Assembly (NCBI GenBank): GCA_964016885.1
Contig: OZ024748.1
Coordinates: 5,766,001 to 5,830,000, forward strand
Length of the DNA: 64,000 bases
Reading direction: 5' to 3'
Source: Eledone cirrhosa
Lineage: Eukaryota
Shown here: positions 29,406-44,864 of the stretch, in pieces
Layout: every line of letters starts with the position of its first letter
How positions within the stretch are numbered: the stretch's first letter is position 1
Translations under genes and position numbers: made by a program
The notes under the pieces: model-generated
Told to the model about the DNA's origin: nothing
Databases searched by the model: none
Seen by the model: only the letters and a program-made list of their open reading frames with translations

Positions 29406-29834
29406 TAGTAAAAAATAACGATTTGTAAACTTGGAATACGTCCATGAATTTCGTGTATCTGTGTTGTGCGGCTACAGTGTATTAAATCAACATTAGTAAA
29501 TATATCTATAGTCGCTAGCATAGTCGAATGATTGAAAAGATCTCATAGCATTTATAAGGTCCATCGTTCGCTTCCACTGAGGAGTTTTTTCGAGCAAGTA
29601 TTTATTAGAATTGTCTATGTTTGTCCGAAAAAATATCGGGGAAATTACGTTGACAGAAAATGTATATGTAACCATCGGATGACGTATTTGAAATTCAATC
29701 GACCAGTCTTTTTGAATACTGCTATGTTCAATCTGTGGTACACTTTATATATTTTTTTTTTTCCTGGATCCCGACAGTATCAACGGACCTGGAAGGACCT
29801 CGGATTCAGAAGAGAATATTTGATAAATAGATAG

Positions 29835-30076
29835 ATAACTTTCTTTTTATTTGCCACCAGGGCATCAAAAAGTGGGACTAGTACAATGGGGGGAGTTTAC
29901 ATAAAAAGGCGTCCTCAATAAGGAGGAGGCAATAACAAAATATAAAAGATAAAATATAAAATATAACAAAAATAAGTTTAATAACAGAATCCTCATTTGG
30001 TAAATAGATTAATAGATAGATAGATAGTTAGATAGATAGATAGAGATAGAGAGAGAGAGAGAGAGCTAGAGAGAGA

Positions 30077-30153
<77 letters not shown>

Positions 30154-30712
30154 GTAGATAGATAGACATGAAGATTTATAGATAGAAAGGTAGATAGATA
30201 GATAGAGAGTTACGGGCCTTAAGGGTGTGAAGGAGCGTTGTCTGGTTAGCAGAACAACATGTGTTGAACGGCCCGTGGTCCAAGCTGAGAGAATAGTAGA
30301 GAAAGCGTTGTTCTGGAGGACGGCGAGGAGTGTGCATTGGAATAGACATTGCAACATTTGGTGGTCCTTCGTGCGGGTGACCACGCAGCACCTATCGTAG
30401 GGTGTAGAGAGTTTGCCAGCGATCCGAAGTCTCCATTGGTACAGTGACCGATAGTTAGTCATCTTCTGACGTTGTGCATTACGAGCACTGGTTGTGTGGG
30501 TGCATGTATGTTTATAAGTATAAATATATATATATATATACGCACACACATATATTTATAACCAATGCGGAATGGTCGATCTCCATCACCTCGAGGGAGA
30601 AAGGGAAATCTGTGGCATTGAATCCTTGCTTTAAGACCTCGTTGAGCACAGCATCGCGTATAAGGCGGCTGGCACTGTAATGACATGACAATGACGGGGG
30701 ACCGACTGCGTT
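29835..30712 (-). mobile_element. Probable decayed non-LTR retrotransposon 3' region (possibly L1/Tx1-like), interrupted by microsatellites
   Basis: GC-richer blocks at 30210-30500 and 30560-30710. Minus-strand translation NYRSLYQWRLRIAGKL..RCCVVTRTKDHQMLQCLFQC loosely resembles a C-terminal Cys-rich knuckle. Not firmly identified. Confidence 0.35.
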
Positions 30713-30764
30713 ATATTATGTTATATGTATTGTACTCACACACACACACACACACACACATGTA

Positions 30765-30806
<42 letters not shown>

Positions 30807-30891
30807 TTAGTTAAGCAAAACAAGACCACAAATTCACCAATCTCTCCTCTCCTATCTCCATCTCTCTCTTTCAGATTGGTTACTCTTGAAC

Positions 30892-30978
<87 letters not shown>

Positions 30979-30995
30979 ATATATATATATACACG

Positions 30996-31039
<44 letters not shown>

Positions 31040-31140
31040 TACGTTATATATTTTTTATAAACGATAAATATATTTCCCTAACCCTTATTGTTCGTATATA
31101 TATTTACATATACACATATACATATATGTATATATATACA

Positions 31141-31198
<58 letters not shown>

Positions 31199-31793
31199 CA
31201 TACATATATGCATACATAAATGCATATATAAAAAACGATGTGTAACCGCAAGTAGCGAAAATACTGTGATCTTCAGTGTTTTCGAGATATTTTCGCCCAT
31301 AAACACATTGCTTTAGAGAGAAGGAAAAAAACAACAAACCAAAACGGTCTCTATTTTTTCCCCGTTTTGTATCACCAAACATAGGTTATAATCCATCAAA
31401 AAATCTTTATGTTCTATCAATAAACTCAAACTATTTGCAACACAGCCTGGAGTCGGCCTTGCAGAGAATCTCAAAGATACAAATATACACATAAACATAT
31501 ATAAACATATATAAACACACACAGACACACTAAATCACGCATATTTTCACATACGTGCACACATACACAAACAAAAAAGTATGCATATATATTTATATAT
31601 GCGTCTTGTTGAGTGGATGCATGCACGTGTATATATTTATCTATATATATATGTATATGTATGTATATATGTATAGGTATATATATATATGAATGTATAC
31701 TTTTATGTATGTTTATTCATGTATATATAAATAACGCTACTATATTAAGCAAATAGCTTATGCACACATTGGTTATTGAGTGAAGAGTAAAGT

Positions 31794-31889
<96 letters not shown>

Positions 31890-31890
31890 T

Positions 31891-31939
<49 letters not shown>

Positions 31940-32532
31940 TACACATACATATATACATACATATATATACATAGATATATACATATACGTACGTACATAT
32001 ATACATACACATATATATAAATATATAAATACATACATATATATATGTGTGTATGTGGATGTAGACATGCATATATATAACTATATGTATATATATTTAT
32101 GAATATCTCTCTGTCTATATATATATATATATATATAAATATATGAGTGTGTGTGTATCTATGTATATATATATACATAGATAGAGACATATTCTCTTAA
32201 CACGCGGCGTGCTTCTATATATTATTTATAAACTGAACTTCCATTGCCAATAAAGCCAAAATGACTTCATCCGTAAAACGCATTCTATTATCCATAAACT
32301 GTCCGATTTTCCACCTTCTCTCTGAATATCGTATCAATAAAAGGCGAAACTCTCTACCTAGAAAGGTAAACCTTCACAAGACTAGCATTACCACCGCCGT
32401 CACATACATTACTTAGGTAGATAAACGAAATGTAAATATATTCCATGTTAACAGGCTAACTATATTCAGAAGCATGCTTACTTAGATCTGGGCAAAACAC
32501 GCATTCATTGAGTGGCCTTGTGTATATGTTTA

Positions 32533-32574
<42 letters not shown>

Positions 32575-32700
32575 ATATATATATTATATGTATATGTATG
32601 TATAAATATATATTATATATATTATGTATATCATATATTATATATATATATGTATATTATATATATATATATATGTCTGTATATATATATATATACATAC

Positions 32701-32786
<86 letters not shown>

Positions 32787-32981
32787 GTATGCACCTATAT
32801 ATATACATATGTATATGTGTATATATACATATATAAATATATAAATAAATATATATATATATATATATGATTATATGTGTATATGTATATTTATATAAGT
32901 ATGTGTATACATATTTGTGTGTCTGTGTGAATTGATAAAATCCACCAGCACTATGTACCAAACTTCATGCTTATGCCTATA

Positions 32982-33071
<90 letters not shown>

Positions 33072-33076
33072 TATAC

Positions 33077-33122
<46 letters not shown>

Positions 33123-33152
33123 GTATATAAATATATATATATATATATATAA

Positions 33153-33205
<53 letters not shown>

Positions 33206-33637
33206 TGCTGTTATATGCATAAATATGCACATATATATGAATAATTTTATATATAAAGTCATATTTCCCCCTTCCTGTGAATATATTCAATCTATCTCTC
33301 TTTCTGTATCACTCCCTCTCTTTCTTTCTCTCTCTCTCTATCTTAAACTCTTTGGATCTCTTATGAACGCAGTCACACACATGCATACACACACACACAC
33401 ACACATACACACACACATATATATATATGTGCATATATACATACATAAATATATGCATACATAAATACATGCATACATACCCACATGCGTACATTCACAT
33501 ACATACAAAAATACATACATAAATTCGTACATGCATATATACCTACATACATATATACGTACATACACTAGTACATACTTACATAAATACTTGCTTAGAT
33601 GCATGTATACATACAAACATACTTATATACATGCATG

Positions 33638-33719
<82 letters not shown>

Positions 33720-34250
33720 AATAAGGGTGCTGCGGAGTTGCAAATGGGTTACATATGAAAAAAGTTTGTCCTTCATCAGTTATCTTCCAACTATCATAGG
33801 CATTTCATCGCTTTAAAGACCATATACCTCCGGTTGGTGCGAGCAACGGCTAAAAAAAGTCGTTGGGACACGTAAATAAAGGGGACGCGAGGGTAACCAA
33901 ACAAAATGGTGAAGCAACAGAAAGTGAGGAAGAAGGAGACAAGTCCCAGATTTCTATGAATTTAAGTTCTGTGAAATCGTGAACGAGAGAATAAAGACCA
34001 TCAAACCTGGTTGAAATGTGAGCAAGGAAGGAATTTCGCACAGGTCTAACGGGAGGAAGAAGGGGTCTGGTCTGCGAATTCGGTAAACATAAGTTCTGTG
34101 AAATATTTCGTCCCACTATCTACAGTCATATTTTAAAGTTGTGTAAGATTATTAAACAAGGATGCAAAAGACTTCTATACAGTGTAATGGAGAAACCCAC
34201 TTCTCTCCACTGAATGCAATATAGAGAAAATTAGTGGCAAAACTCGGACA

Positions 34251-34432
34251 AAATAATTGATTCTACTTTTGGCACAAGGCCAGCAATTATACAGTGTATT
34301 ACTGGTACTTTACTATCAACCCCGTAAAGATGAAAGGCAAAGTTAACCTCGGCGGAATTTAAACTCAGATCATAAAGAGCCGTAACTCTTTGCTGCAAAG
34401 CATGGCGTCCGACCCTCTGCCGATACTGCCCA
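34251..34432 (-). mobile_element. SINE S1, near full length
   Basis: Reverse complement of the S1 consensus from tail to head (..GCGTCCGACCCTCTGCCGATACTGCC). Confidence 0.85.
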
Positions 34433-35058
34433 TGACTAAGTATTTAACTTACCATTCAGTTAAATTATTATGAATTTTACTCACTAGTTTTATCGTTGAT
34501 CTCATCCTTACTTGTGATTTTTTAAATATGTTTTGAACATTCATAAAAGCTGTATTCATCTGATAATAGCATTAATCTTGTTAGTTAAACGGATTTTTTT
34601 TAATACAGTATCATAAAAGACGTGAAATACTTCGGTTGATATTGTCAAGAATTTAAGAATTTCGCTTCGTTATCAAACGTTTCATATATGTAGAAAAGAA
34701 TACTCTGGTACACATATCCAAGCACAACCACGAATACATGCGCGTGCACGCATACACACACACAGACACGCACACATATATATATATATTAATATATATA
34801 TAGTTCAATGAGATATCAAACAGGTACAAAAAGACTCATTAGTTTCACGCTTTATATATATATATATATACATATATATGAATGTATGTATAGTATATTT
34901 TGCAATATACTCTATGTTTAAGTAAAAATATTTTGAAGACCATTTGCTATGTGTTTTAAAGTAGTGACTATATCACTTATTTATTCTCGGCAAAAGCAAA
35001 ATACACACAAACATATATATATACACATACATACATACACACACACAGACACACACAG

Positions 35059-35089
<31 letters not shown>

Positions 35090-35143
35090 AAGCGATGAAA
35101 TACCAATGAAAGTTGGAAGATCACTGATGAAGGACTAATTTTA

Positions 35144-35180
<37 letters not shown>

Positions 35181-35621
35181 AGGTAAATAAATATATATAA
35201 TAGAAAGCAAGGCATGTCCACCTCACACACAAACACGAATACACTTATAGAGATAAACACAGATAAACACAGACACAGAAAACTATAAAACCATATAGAA
35301 ACACACATACATTTAAGTATACAGTCACACAAAAACACGCACAACTATATACGCACGCATTTAGTCATATACATGGTCAAACACTGCAAAACCTCACACA
35401 TACACATAGAGACAAAATAATAATAATAATACAAGGAACATTATGAAATGGTTATCAGTCAAGGAATGAAATGGAGTGTAACATTATTTCAATATTATAA
35501 CTATGTGTTAAATTGTGCTGATTAATTATTCAAACAATACAGACCAATGAAGGTAATTTCCCAGTTGTAGCTTATGACACTAATAGTAATATATAGACTA
35601 TTACTAATGATGGTGATAATG

Positions 35622-35666
<45 letters not shown>

Positions 35667-35670
35667 ATAT

Positions 35671-35772
<102 letters not shown>

Positions 35773-35792
35773 CGTGAGAGAGAGAATATTTA

Positions 35793-35870
<78 letters not shown>

Positions 35871-36044
35871 TACATACCTATTGTATATATATATGTGTGT
35901 GTGTGTATTGAATATATAGACACATAAGTTCATAGAATATCAAAGGAAGTCAAACACATTCACACAAACTCATATTTATGTATGCCTAGACCACCACCAC
36001 CATATATATATAAGAGAGAGAGAGAGAGAGAGTGTGAGTGAGTC

Positions 36045-36198
36045 AGGGCCTCGACAGCTCCATGTAGGTGTTGATACGGCCGGAGCTCAGCCGTCGGGGG
36101 TCCTGACTCTTTTCCATATTACCCTCTCTACCTCCCTGTGTATCGAGTACTCTGGTGCGTTATGGTGCAGTTGGTATCTTACCACACTTTCTTTGTTA
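36045..36198 (+). mobile_element. Family C element, diverged, with short hairpin
   Basis: GAGTCAGGGCCTCGAC...GTCGGGGTCCTGACTC hairpin followed by the family C arm (..GAGTACTCTGGTGCGTTATGGT..). Confidence 0.7.
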
Positions 36199-36812
36199 TA
36201 TATATACGCATGTATGTATATCATTGTTTCTACGTTAGACACAAGGTCAGCAATTAACCAGTGTATTACTGGTACTGGTACATGTATGTATATAATGAGA
36301 GAGAAAGAGAAATAGATAGCAGGTTTTTCCAAAAAGGAAGGAAAATAACCCTCAGATAAATAAGGTGGTCAATTTATACCTTATTTAATATAGATAGGAA
36401 TTACTTCTACAGGATTAGAACCGTTTCCATCAAAATAACAGACACACGCACGCACACACACACACACGCAAATAATAACAGACATTCTTAAACATACACT
36501 TACGTTCCCATACATTACACTTATTTTACTAGACAAAGAAGTACAAACGTGAAACTCTAAACCAGATCAAATGTGAATCACAGATATTTATGTTTTCAAT
36601 CATTGATTAATGATTCCAATTGGAAATTTAAATACTTTTGTTTGCTTTAGACAATTAGATAGGAAAAAATATTTGTGAACGATTATTTGCTATTAATGTT
36701 CGATTAATGTCAGTCAATCAGTGTGAATACATGACTCTGTTGTGAGTTTGTGAGACAACGATAGACCTTGATTGTGTGGTGTGGTGTGATCTACTGTTCA
36801 CCTGTCACACAC

Positions 36813-36873
<61 letters not shown>

Positions 36874-37663
36874 ATAGTAGTAGTAGTAGTAGTAGTAGTT
36901 GTAATAGTAGTAGTTGATGCTGGTGATGTTTAAGCCCTCAATCTTTTAATGATAGTGAATCTGGGTCCACATCTCCCAAACCTTTACCTGTCAAAACTGA
37001 GGTTCATGAGAGATTTAGCTAGTATTTCTAGCATGGCGATCATTTCTTCACGACATGACACCCTAAACTTCTGTGACTGCTATGCTATTCACAATCTAGT
37101 ATAGCTTGGAATGATATATGTATCATATCATGCGGTTGCGATCAGACACATCCTCAAACAAATTCTCAATTCTCTAGAATATTCTGGGTGTGCAAGGGAG
37201 AGATGGCGGAACAGGTATGGGTTGGTATGTTCTTTACAGATCCCGAAAGTATAAAAAAAAGAAGACTTTGGTGGGACTTGAAATAACGACGGAATAATTA
37301 TCTAAATTTCTACCAACTTTGTAGCGCAGATACGAAAAAAATAGTTTTTCTGAGTTCACAATTCCACTTCTCCGGGTCTACATAATCTGACCAGTCTCAA
37401 CAATTGAAGTTAACGAATCATCTGTAAATTTGTAATCGCTGTCACTGATTAAAATTTATCTAGTATGTGGCTACAACCACATGCATTAGGTCATTAAGAA
37501 AAAGAGTGATGGTTTCCTACTCAAAAATATATGCCGATATCAGAGTTCGAAGCTCTGAACACTATGTTAGGTGTCCACTACACATCCATTCAATAGACCA
37601 TCCACGGTCTCATATGAAATAAGCCGATAAATATAGGATTCGTTTAACATAAAATCAATGACT

Positions 37664-37789
<126 letters not shown>

Positions 37790-37791
37790 GC

Positions 37792-37832
<41 letters not shown>

Positions 37833-38025
37833 TGCGTACATAATATAGGAAGTTAAGTTTCTATATAGATTTCGATATTGTATCTTAAGATTTTTCTAAG
37901 GTCATAATACTTTGCCTTTCATCCTTTAGGGGTCGATAAAGTAAGTGCCATTAGTTTACTGATCTCAAATCATTTTATATCCTTACCAATCACCAATCAC
38001 AAACCTAAACCTTTACACCTAAGGG

Positions 38026-38056
<31 letters not shown>

Positions 38057-38111
38057 GACGTATTCATAAGCGGTAGTGAAAATACGTGTGGAAGTTGGTC
38101 GAAGCAAATTG

Positions 38112-38206
<95 letters not shown>

Positions 38207-38255
38207 GAAAGAAATACAGATATACAGATATGTATGTGTATATATATATATATAT

Positions 38256-38326
<71 letters not shown>

Positions 38327-38928
38327 TATAGATAGAGGATAATTATATGGCTTTAAGTTACCCATCTAACCTGACAATTCATCTGTTCATCTGTCTAACA
38401 ATCGTTCACTATAGATAATGCTTCTTCATTCATATTACTCTCTTCTCATTCCTCTTTACACTTTCCTATTTCCTTTTCATCAGAACATCTAACCAGCTAG
38501 CTGGCATCATCTAAAGTCGGTAGAAACTTTAGCTTACACTTTGGTCGCCTCGGCTATCTGTTCGGTTAATCTTGCTGAAATCTTCACTGTGTAACATGTT
38601 AAGCTTTACCTTCCTTCCTTATGACTCTCCAGTTTATATATTATATTATATTATGTTATAGTGAAGTGTGATAATGCAAGAAAACCACCAACAATAGCTG
38701 GAAACTTTGTACGTGAACTTTGGCCCCCTTTCAAACTGTCATCTCTAGATCTCCCGGCCGCCGACTTTTGCAGTATATTGGATTTCGTTTTGCAGATTTT
38801 GTTCGCTGCTGTATGTTGTCTAAGCACACATATCATCATCTCCATCGCATAATACCTTTATATATTTATTTATTTGTTCATTCATTTATATATTTGTATG
38901 TTTATTTATTTGTTATATACACACGCAA

Positions 38929-38995
<67 letters not shown>

Positions 38996-39418
38996 GACAC
39001 AGAGAAATATAGAAGACTATATACAGAGAAATATAGATGAATATATAGACTAGTAGAGCATAGATAGTCAATATTCGATGAGATCACGTCAATGTGAACC
39101 GAAGCCTGTTGCCTGTCTTTCTTAGTAAGAGATAAAGTATTATAAGCGACAAACACAGGAACACCGGAACACCGGAAGTAGGTTTCCTGTTAAGAATCGC
39201 CATTACAGAGCTTCACTCACTGCTATCTTTTGTTTTGATTTTCTCTTTTGTTTTATTGTATTTTTAGTTTCTTGTGGGTTTCTTTTTTGCTTTTTCCCCC
39301 CTTTTGCGTTATTTTTCATTTTTTTATTCTCTGTGATATATTGATATGAAAAATGGGGAGATTGCAATGAAACGTTCCCTTCGTTTCGGCTGATGTGAGA
39401 GAGCCTTTCCTTACATTT

Positions 39419-39419
<1 letters not shown>

Positions 39420-39495
<76 letters not shown>

Positions 39496-39612
39496 TAGTA
39501 GTAGTAGTAGGTGTTGTTGCTGATGTTCTCTTAGTTGTAGTAACATTAGTATTATCAACAGCAGCAACAGCAGTAGCAGCAGCAGCAATAGTAGTAGTAG
39601 TAGCAGTAGCAA

Positions 39613-39665
<53 letters not shown>

Positions 39666-39739
39666 ATGGTGGTAGCAGTAGGTGTTGTTGCTGATGTTCT
39701 CTTAGTTGTAGTAACATTAGTAGTATCAACAGCAGCAAC

Positions 39740-39807
<68 letters not shown>

Positions 39808-39822
39808 CAGCAGCAGCAGCAG
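39420..39822. repeat. (TAG)n/(CAG)n tract containing a duplicated ~64-bp segment
   Basis: GTAGGTGTTGTTGCTGATGTTCTCTTAGTTGTAGTAACATTAGTA..TATCAACAGCAGCAACAG at ~39507 and ~39678. Confidence 0.9.
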
Positions 39823-40218
39823 TCAATTGCTACAGCTGTTTCGTCTTTACCTTATCCTTAAATTAGTAACCACTTGAAACGTTTATGAATTATACATTCT
39901 TGTGGAGATAAAAAAAAAAATCACATAAAACAATTTATTGTAGTTAAAAATAAAGGAAAATTTAGATTGACAGGCACTTTGTAATATAATCAGTGATGCA
40001 GTCAGCTGGCTTAAACCAGGGCTTCACAAACTTTGTTTTATGCCGACCTTCATCACACACGCCTCATGTCAGTGAAATTATATTGTAATCACAGATTTAG
40101 ACGTACACGGGTGGAGCTGTGAACTTTGGTTCTATTCGTCAATGTTTGTGCCAATGGTTACTTATGATAACTAGGTAACATACAAATAGTCATTAAAAAA
40201 TTCCAATTAAAGTTCAAA

Positions 40219-40440
40219 TTTTTTTTAAATGTAAAATAACCACAGACATGCTTATACAGATGAGACAAACTTCTTCAAGCCGCATCTATCACCAATCATA
40301 TTGGTGGCCTCCCCCACAGTCCTGGCGGACAGAATGGAGGAAGCGTTTCCCCGGAGCACGGCAACGGAGACGCACTGGAAAAGCCATTCCAGCTCGCGAG
40401 GCTCACGTACGGCTGGCCAGCTCAGCGCCTTGTGAGACAT
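40219..40440 (-). mobile_element. 3' end of a CRE-like (restriction-like endonuclease) non-LTR retrotransposon
   Basis: Minus-strand translation REPRELEWLFQCVSVAVLRGNASSIL matches the CRE C-terminal motif E..(F/W)L.QR(I/L)S(V/L)A(V/I)QRGNA..(I/V)L. Short A-run downstream. Confidence 0.75.
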
Positions 40441-41079
40441 AGAAAGGATATTAAACTAAAAATAAACGCCTGTAGCATCTACAGTACTGTACATTTCATC
40501 AATTGACGTTGGCTTAGGATTTCTTGGTGTGGCCACATCACGAATGAATAGGCCCATAGAAAAGCCCGGTTGAGTAATCTACGGAATACTTTCACCATAC
40601 GATACAGGAAGATGTCCTGCTGTGATAATTATGTTCACGTAGAGACAAGACTGATATGTCAAAGCCTAGCAGACAGGCTTGGCCTGGGACGAGCCTCGAG
40701 ACTGGACTTGGAAACATGCGGACTGGAGATATTTAGTCGTCGTTAATTGCTTCATACGGAGGAAAAGGGAACTAAGTAAGGAGAATCTTAGCTTTCAGTA
40801 GAAGACACTATGAAAATGTTCTTCCTCGTTACACAGGTGCCCAAATGTCGCAGGAAAACTACTAAAATACGAATATGTTCCCAACAACAACAACAACAAC
40901 AACAACTACTCCTACTACTACTACTACTACTACTACTGATGCTACTACTACTACTGATGCTACTAAACATTTGGAATGCCAGTGACCAAAGAACTACGTT
41001 ATCAGAACTCCTCTGGGTTTAAACGACAATAAAACCAACCAGAACTAGGGACACAACAACAGCAGGGAAGATAAGAATA

Positions 41080-41084
41080 ACTGT

Positions 41085-41125
<41 letters not shown>

Positions 41126-42300
41126 CTGTTGCAGTTGTGACGAGATCAACAACGATAGCAAGATTGTCAACAATAAGAACAGCAACAAAGATCCCAACAA
41201 CAACAACAACAACAACAGCAGAAACAACAACGGTTATAGGAACAGCAACAAGGATCTCCACAACAGCAGTAACAACAACAACAGCAGAAACAACAACGGT
41301 TATAGGAACAGCAACAGCAACAACAATAATGATAGCACCACCACACCTTTCTCTACCTCCGTCTCAATCAACAACAGCAATAACAACAATAACAATAGAC
41401 GCAGCATCACTACCATCAGCATCACCGCTAACACCTTCACTACCTCTACCTCAAACAACAACAACAATTAAAACAACAACAATATTGTTCAGAAAACAAG
41501 GTGACAGCCTCTACATGATCGTTGATTGTGATCCAGAGTAGGAGGCAAACACTCACCAACCACTACTCCCACCGCACCCCCAGTCTTGCAAATGAGAAAC
41601 ATATGTTTGAAGCCATAAATCTAGCAAGATATGGGATTGGGGTGGCGTCGGGGAGGACTGTGGAGGTAGTGGTGGTGATGGTGGTGGTGGTAGTGCTGAT
41701 GGGAGTGGGAGTGGTGGTGGTGGTGGGAGTGGGAGTGGTGGTGGGAATGGTGGTGGCGGTGGTGGTGATGGTGGTGATGAGAGTGGGGTGGTAGTTGTGG
41801 TGGTGATGGTGGTGGTAGTGGTGATGGTCGTGGGAGTGGTGATGGGAGTGGTGGTGGTGGTGTTGGTGGTGGTGATGGGAGTGGGGTGGTAGTTGTGGTG
41901 GTGATGGTCGTGGGAGTGGTGGTGGTGATAGGAGCTGCCGTTGTTTTTTGTTATTTTTTTACTGTTGTAGTTGATGTTGTCATTGTTGCTATTTTTACTG
42001 CTGTTGCTGTTGTTGTTGTTTTTGGCAGTTGTTGTTGCTGTTGGTGTTATTGTTGTTCCTGTTGTTGTTGTTGTTCCTGTTGTTGTTGTTGATGGTGATG
42101 TTGCTGTTGCTGTTATTGTTGTTCCTGCTGTTGTTATTGTTATTGTTGTTCCTGTTGTTGTTGTTGATGTTGTTGTTGTTACTGTTGCTGTTATTGTTGT
42201 TCCTGTTGTTGTTGTTGTTGTTGTTATTGTTGTTGATGTTGATGTTGTTGTTGCTGTTGCTATTATTGTTGTTCCTGTTGTTGTTGTTTCTGTTGTTTTT
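41080..42300. repeat. Compound (AAC)n/(GGT)n/(GTT)n low-complexity region
   Basis: Direct inspection. Includes a duplicated ACAGCAGAAACAACAACGGTTATAGGAACAGCAACA unit. Confidence 0.9.
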
Positions 42301-42473
42301 CACGAGGTTTCTCCGGATTCTCCAGTAAAATAACAGTCAAAAACACACGTGCACACCACGTACTCATATTAACACACATACAGGAACACACATGCAGGAA
42401 GACTTACGCACACACAATCAACGAAATAGATAGATGATAGATATATAGATAGAGAGTGAGAGAGAGAGGGGGG

Positions 42474-42504
<31 letters not shown>

Positions 42505-42609
42505 GAGTGAGAGAGAGAGGGGGGAGATAGATAGATAGATAGAGAGGGAGTAACAAAGAAAGTGTGATACATTGATAAATACATAGAGAGGTAAATATAT
42601 ATATATAAT

Positions 42610-42733
42610 TAAGGAATTGTGGTAAGGAACGAGATGGACCAAAACGCACCAGAGTACTCAATACTTAGGGTAGTAGAGTGGGAATAGGAAAAAGTATGGC
42701 TTGAGCTCTGCCGTCGGGGTCATATTTTTTCCT
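42610..42733. mobile_element. Family C fold-back element with the palindrome apex deleted
   Basis: Long arm ..ATAGGAAAAAGTAT joined directly to GGCTTGAGCTCTGCCGTCGGGGTCATATTTTTCCTATA. Confidence 0.75.
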
Positions 42734-42761
42734 ATATATATATGTATATATATATATATAA

Positions 42762-42854
<93 letters not shown>

Positions 42855-42918
42855 GAGAGAGAGAGAGAGAGAGAGTTAGTGAGTGAGTGAAAGCGTGATT
42901 CATTAATAAGTACATATC

Positions 42919-42994
<76 letters not shown>

Positions 42995-43185
42995 CGAACA
43001 CGTATGACCCCGACAGCAGAGCTCAAGCCGTTTTGACGGCTATTTCAGTCCAGAAATAGCCGTTGAAACGGCTTGAGCTCTGCCGTCGGGGTCATACTTG
43101 TTCCTATTACCCACTCTACCACTCTAAGTATTGAGTACTTTGGTGCGCTATGGTCCATCTCGTTCCTTACTACAATTCCTTCGTT
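42995..43185. mobile_element. Family C fold-back element, opposite orientation to 42610
   Basis: GACCCCGACAGCAGAGCTCAAGCCGTTTTGACGGCTATTTC(AGTCCA)GAAATAGCCGTTGAAACGGCTTGAGCTCTGCCGTCGGGGTC plus long arm. TA-flanked. Confidence 0.85.
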
Positions 43186-43229
43186 ATATATATAAATATA
43201 CAGATAGGTGGATAGATAAATACATAGTT

Positions 43230-43262
<33 letters not shown>

Positions 43263-43490
43263 GCTAGGTAGATAGGTAGATCGAGACATTGACTCATTGA
43301 TAGGTAGTTAAACAAAGAACATCTGAAATGAGTAAATATTTCTATAACAAATAATTAGAAAAAAAACATAGCTGTTCTATTGGTAAATGGTATGGTATGG
43401 TGGCTATAGGTTGGTGATAGTCAAGAGGGGTCAAAGGTTAGTATTGAGTGTGAATGTCGACACTGTCTTACACACACACATATATGTGTG

Positions 43491-43578
<88 letters not shown>

Positions 43579-43607
43579 TATATATATATACATAAATATA
43601 TATATAT

Positions 43608-43655
43608 TAGCGGTCGAAACGGCTTGAGCTCTGCCGTCGGGGTCTTACTTGTTCC

Positions 43656-43657
<2 letters not shown>
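43608..43657 (+). mobile_element. Family C fragment (HHR 3' half only) in (TA)n
   Basis: TAGCGGTCGAAACGGCTTGAGCTCTGCCGTCGGGGTCTTACTTGTTCCTA. Confidence 0.75.
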
Positions 43658-43688
<31 letters not shown>

Positions 43689-43868
43689 ATGTATGTTTGT
43701 TTGTTTATTCATTATCTCTTTATCTGGTTTTAATTGTGATTAAAGTTTTTTCCGATGTAAATATAGTAAAATATCTCGAAGTCACCCAAGTATTTCAATA
43801 AATGAGATCATATGTCATGAAAGTAAGGCCTCAGATAGGTCGGAGTATGTCTATATATATATACACAC

Positions 43869-43909
<41 letters not shown>

Positions 43910-43963
43910 CACATATATATATATATATATGTATACGTATATATAAACATATATATATACGTA

Positions 43964-43995
<32 letters not shown>

Positions 43996-44014
43996 CACAT
44001 ATATATATATACAC

Positions 44015-44054
<40 letters not shown>

Positions 44055-44651
44055 TTACACATATATATATATATTTATATATAAATAGAGAGAGAGAGAA
44101 AGACATATATATATATATATACATACATACACACTTATATGATGTATAAATATACATATATATACGTACATACATACTATACACAAACATATATATGTGT
44201 GTTTTTTTTGTTTGTATGTGTGTATGTGTGTGTATATATGTGTGTTTGTGTTTGTGTGTGTGTATCTGTGTATGTGTGTGTGTATATGTGTGTTCGTGTT
44301 TGAGAAGCAGTACCAAGCCTACTTGAAAGAAAGTAAGAGTGTTTGGTGTTGGGCTGAGTGCAGCTAACCGTGTGAAGACGGCTTTAGAGATAAAAAGGAG
44401 AGTCAGCCTAGCCTTAACACCAACCATGACCAAGTCAAGAAGTCTATACTGCCTAACAAAACAATAACACTAACCATGAAAACAACAACGACAACAACAA
44501 CAACACAAATAACTCTGAACATTTCTAATTTAGGCTCAAAGATAGCAATTTGTGGCGGAAGTTTAGTCTAATATATCGACTCCAGTATTTGACTGGTACT
44601 TTATTTTATCGTTTCGTCAGTATTTCAAGATATGCAGTAAACAATGGTTTA

Positions 44652-44807
44652 CCGTATTTCCCGGCGCCGAAGAAGCTTCGTCCTCGAGGACGCACCCTAA
44701 ATTTGACAACCAAAAATTTGAAAATAAAATAATAAACGAGGATGTATGGTAGATTTTTGAGACTTATTTTAGGAAAAAAGTAGCGTCTTCGTCGCCTTGA
44801 AATACGG
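44652..44807. mobile_element. Tc1/mariner-superfamily (Tc2/pogo-like) MITE
   Basis: TA-CCGTATTTC..GGCG.CGAAGA.GC ... GCGTCTTCGTCGCC..GAAATACGG-TA: TIRs with TA target duplication. Confidence 0.8.
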
Positions 44808-44864
44808 TACATTCAGTTAATCCAACACAGCTGAAGAGCATTAAAAAAATAATAATGATATCTA

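Noticed and set aside
33790-34120. GC-richer block with an 88-aa minus-strand ORF
   Set aside because: Probably a decayed LINE 3' end, but no motif could be recognised.
40016-40060. hAT-like terminus CAGGGCTTCACAAACT; also a Tc1-like end at ~50590-50605
   Set aside because: Only one end was found in each case, with no matching TIR or TSD.
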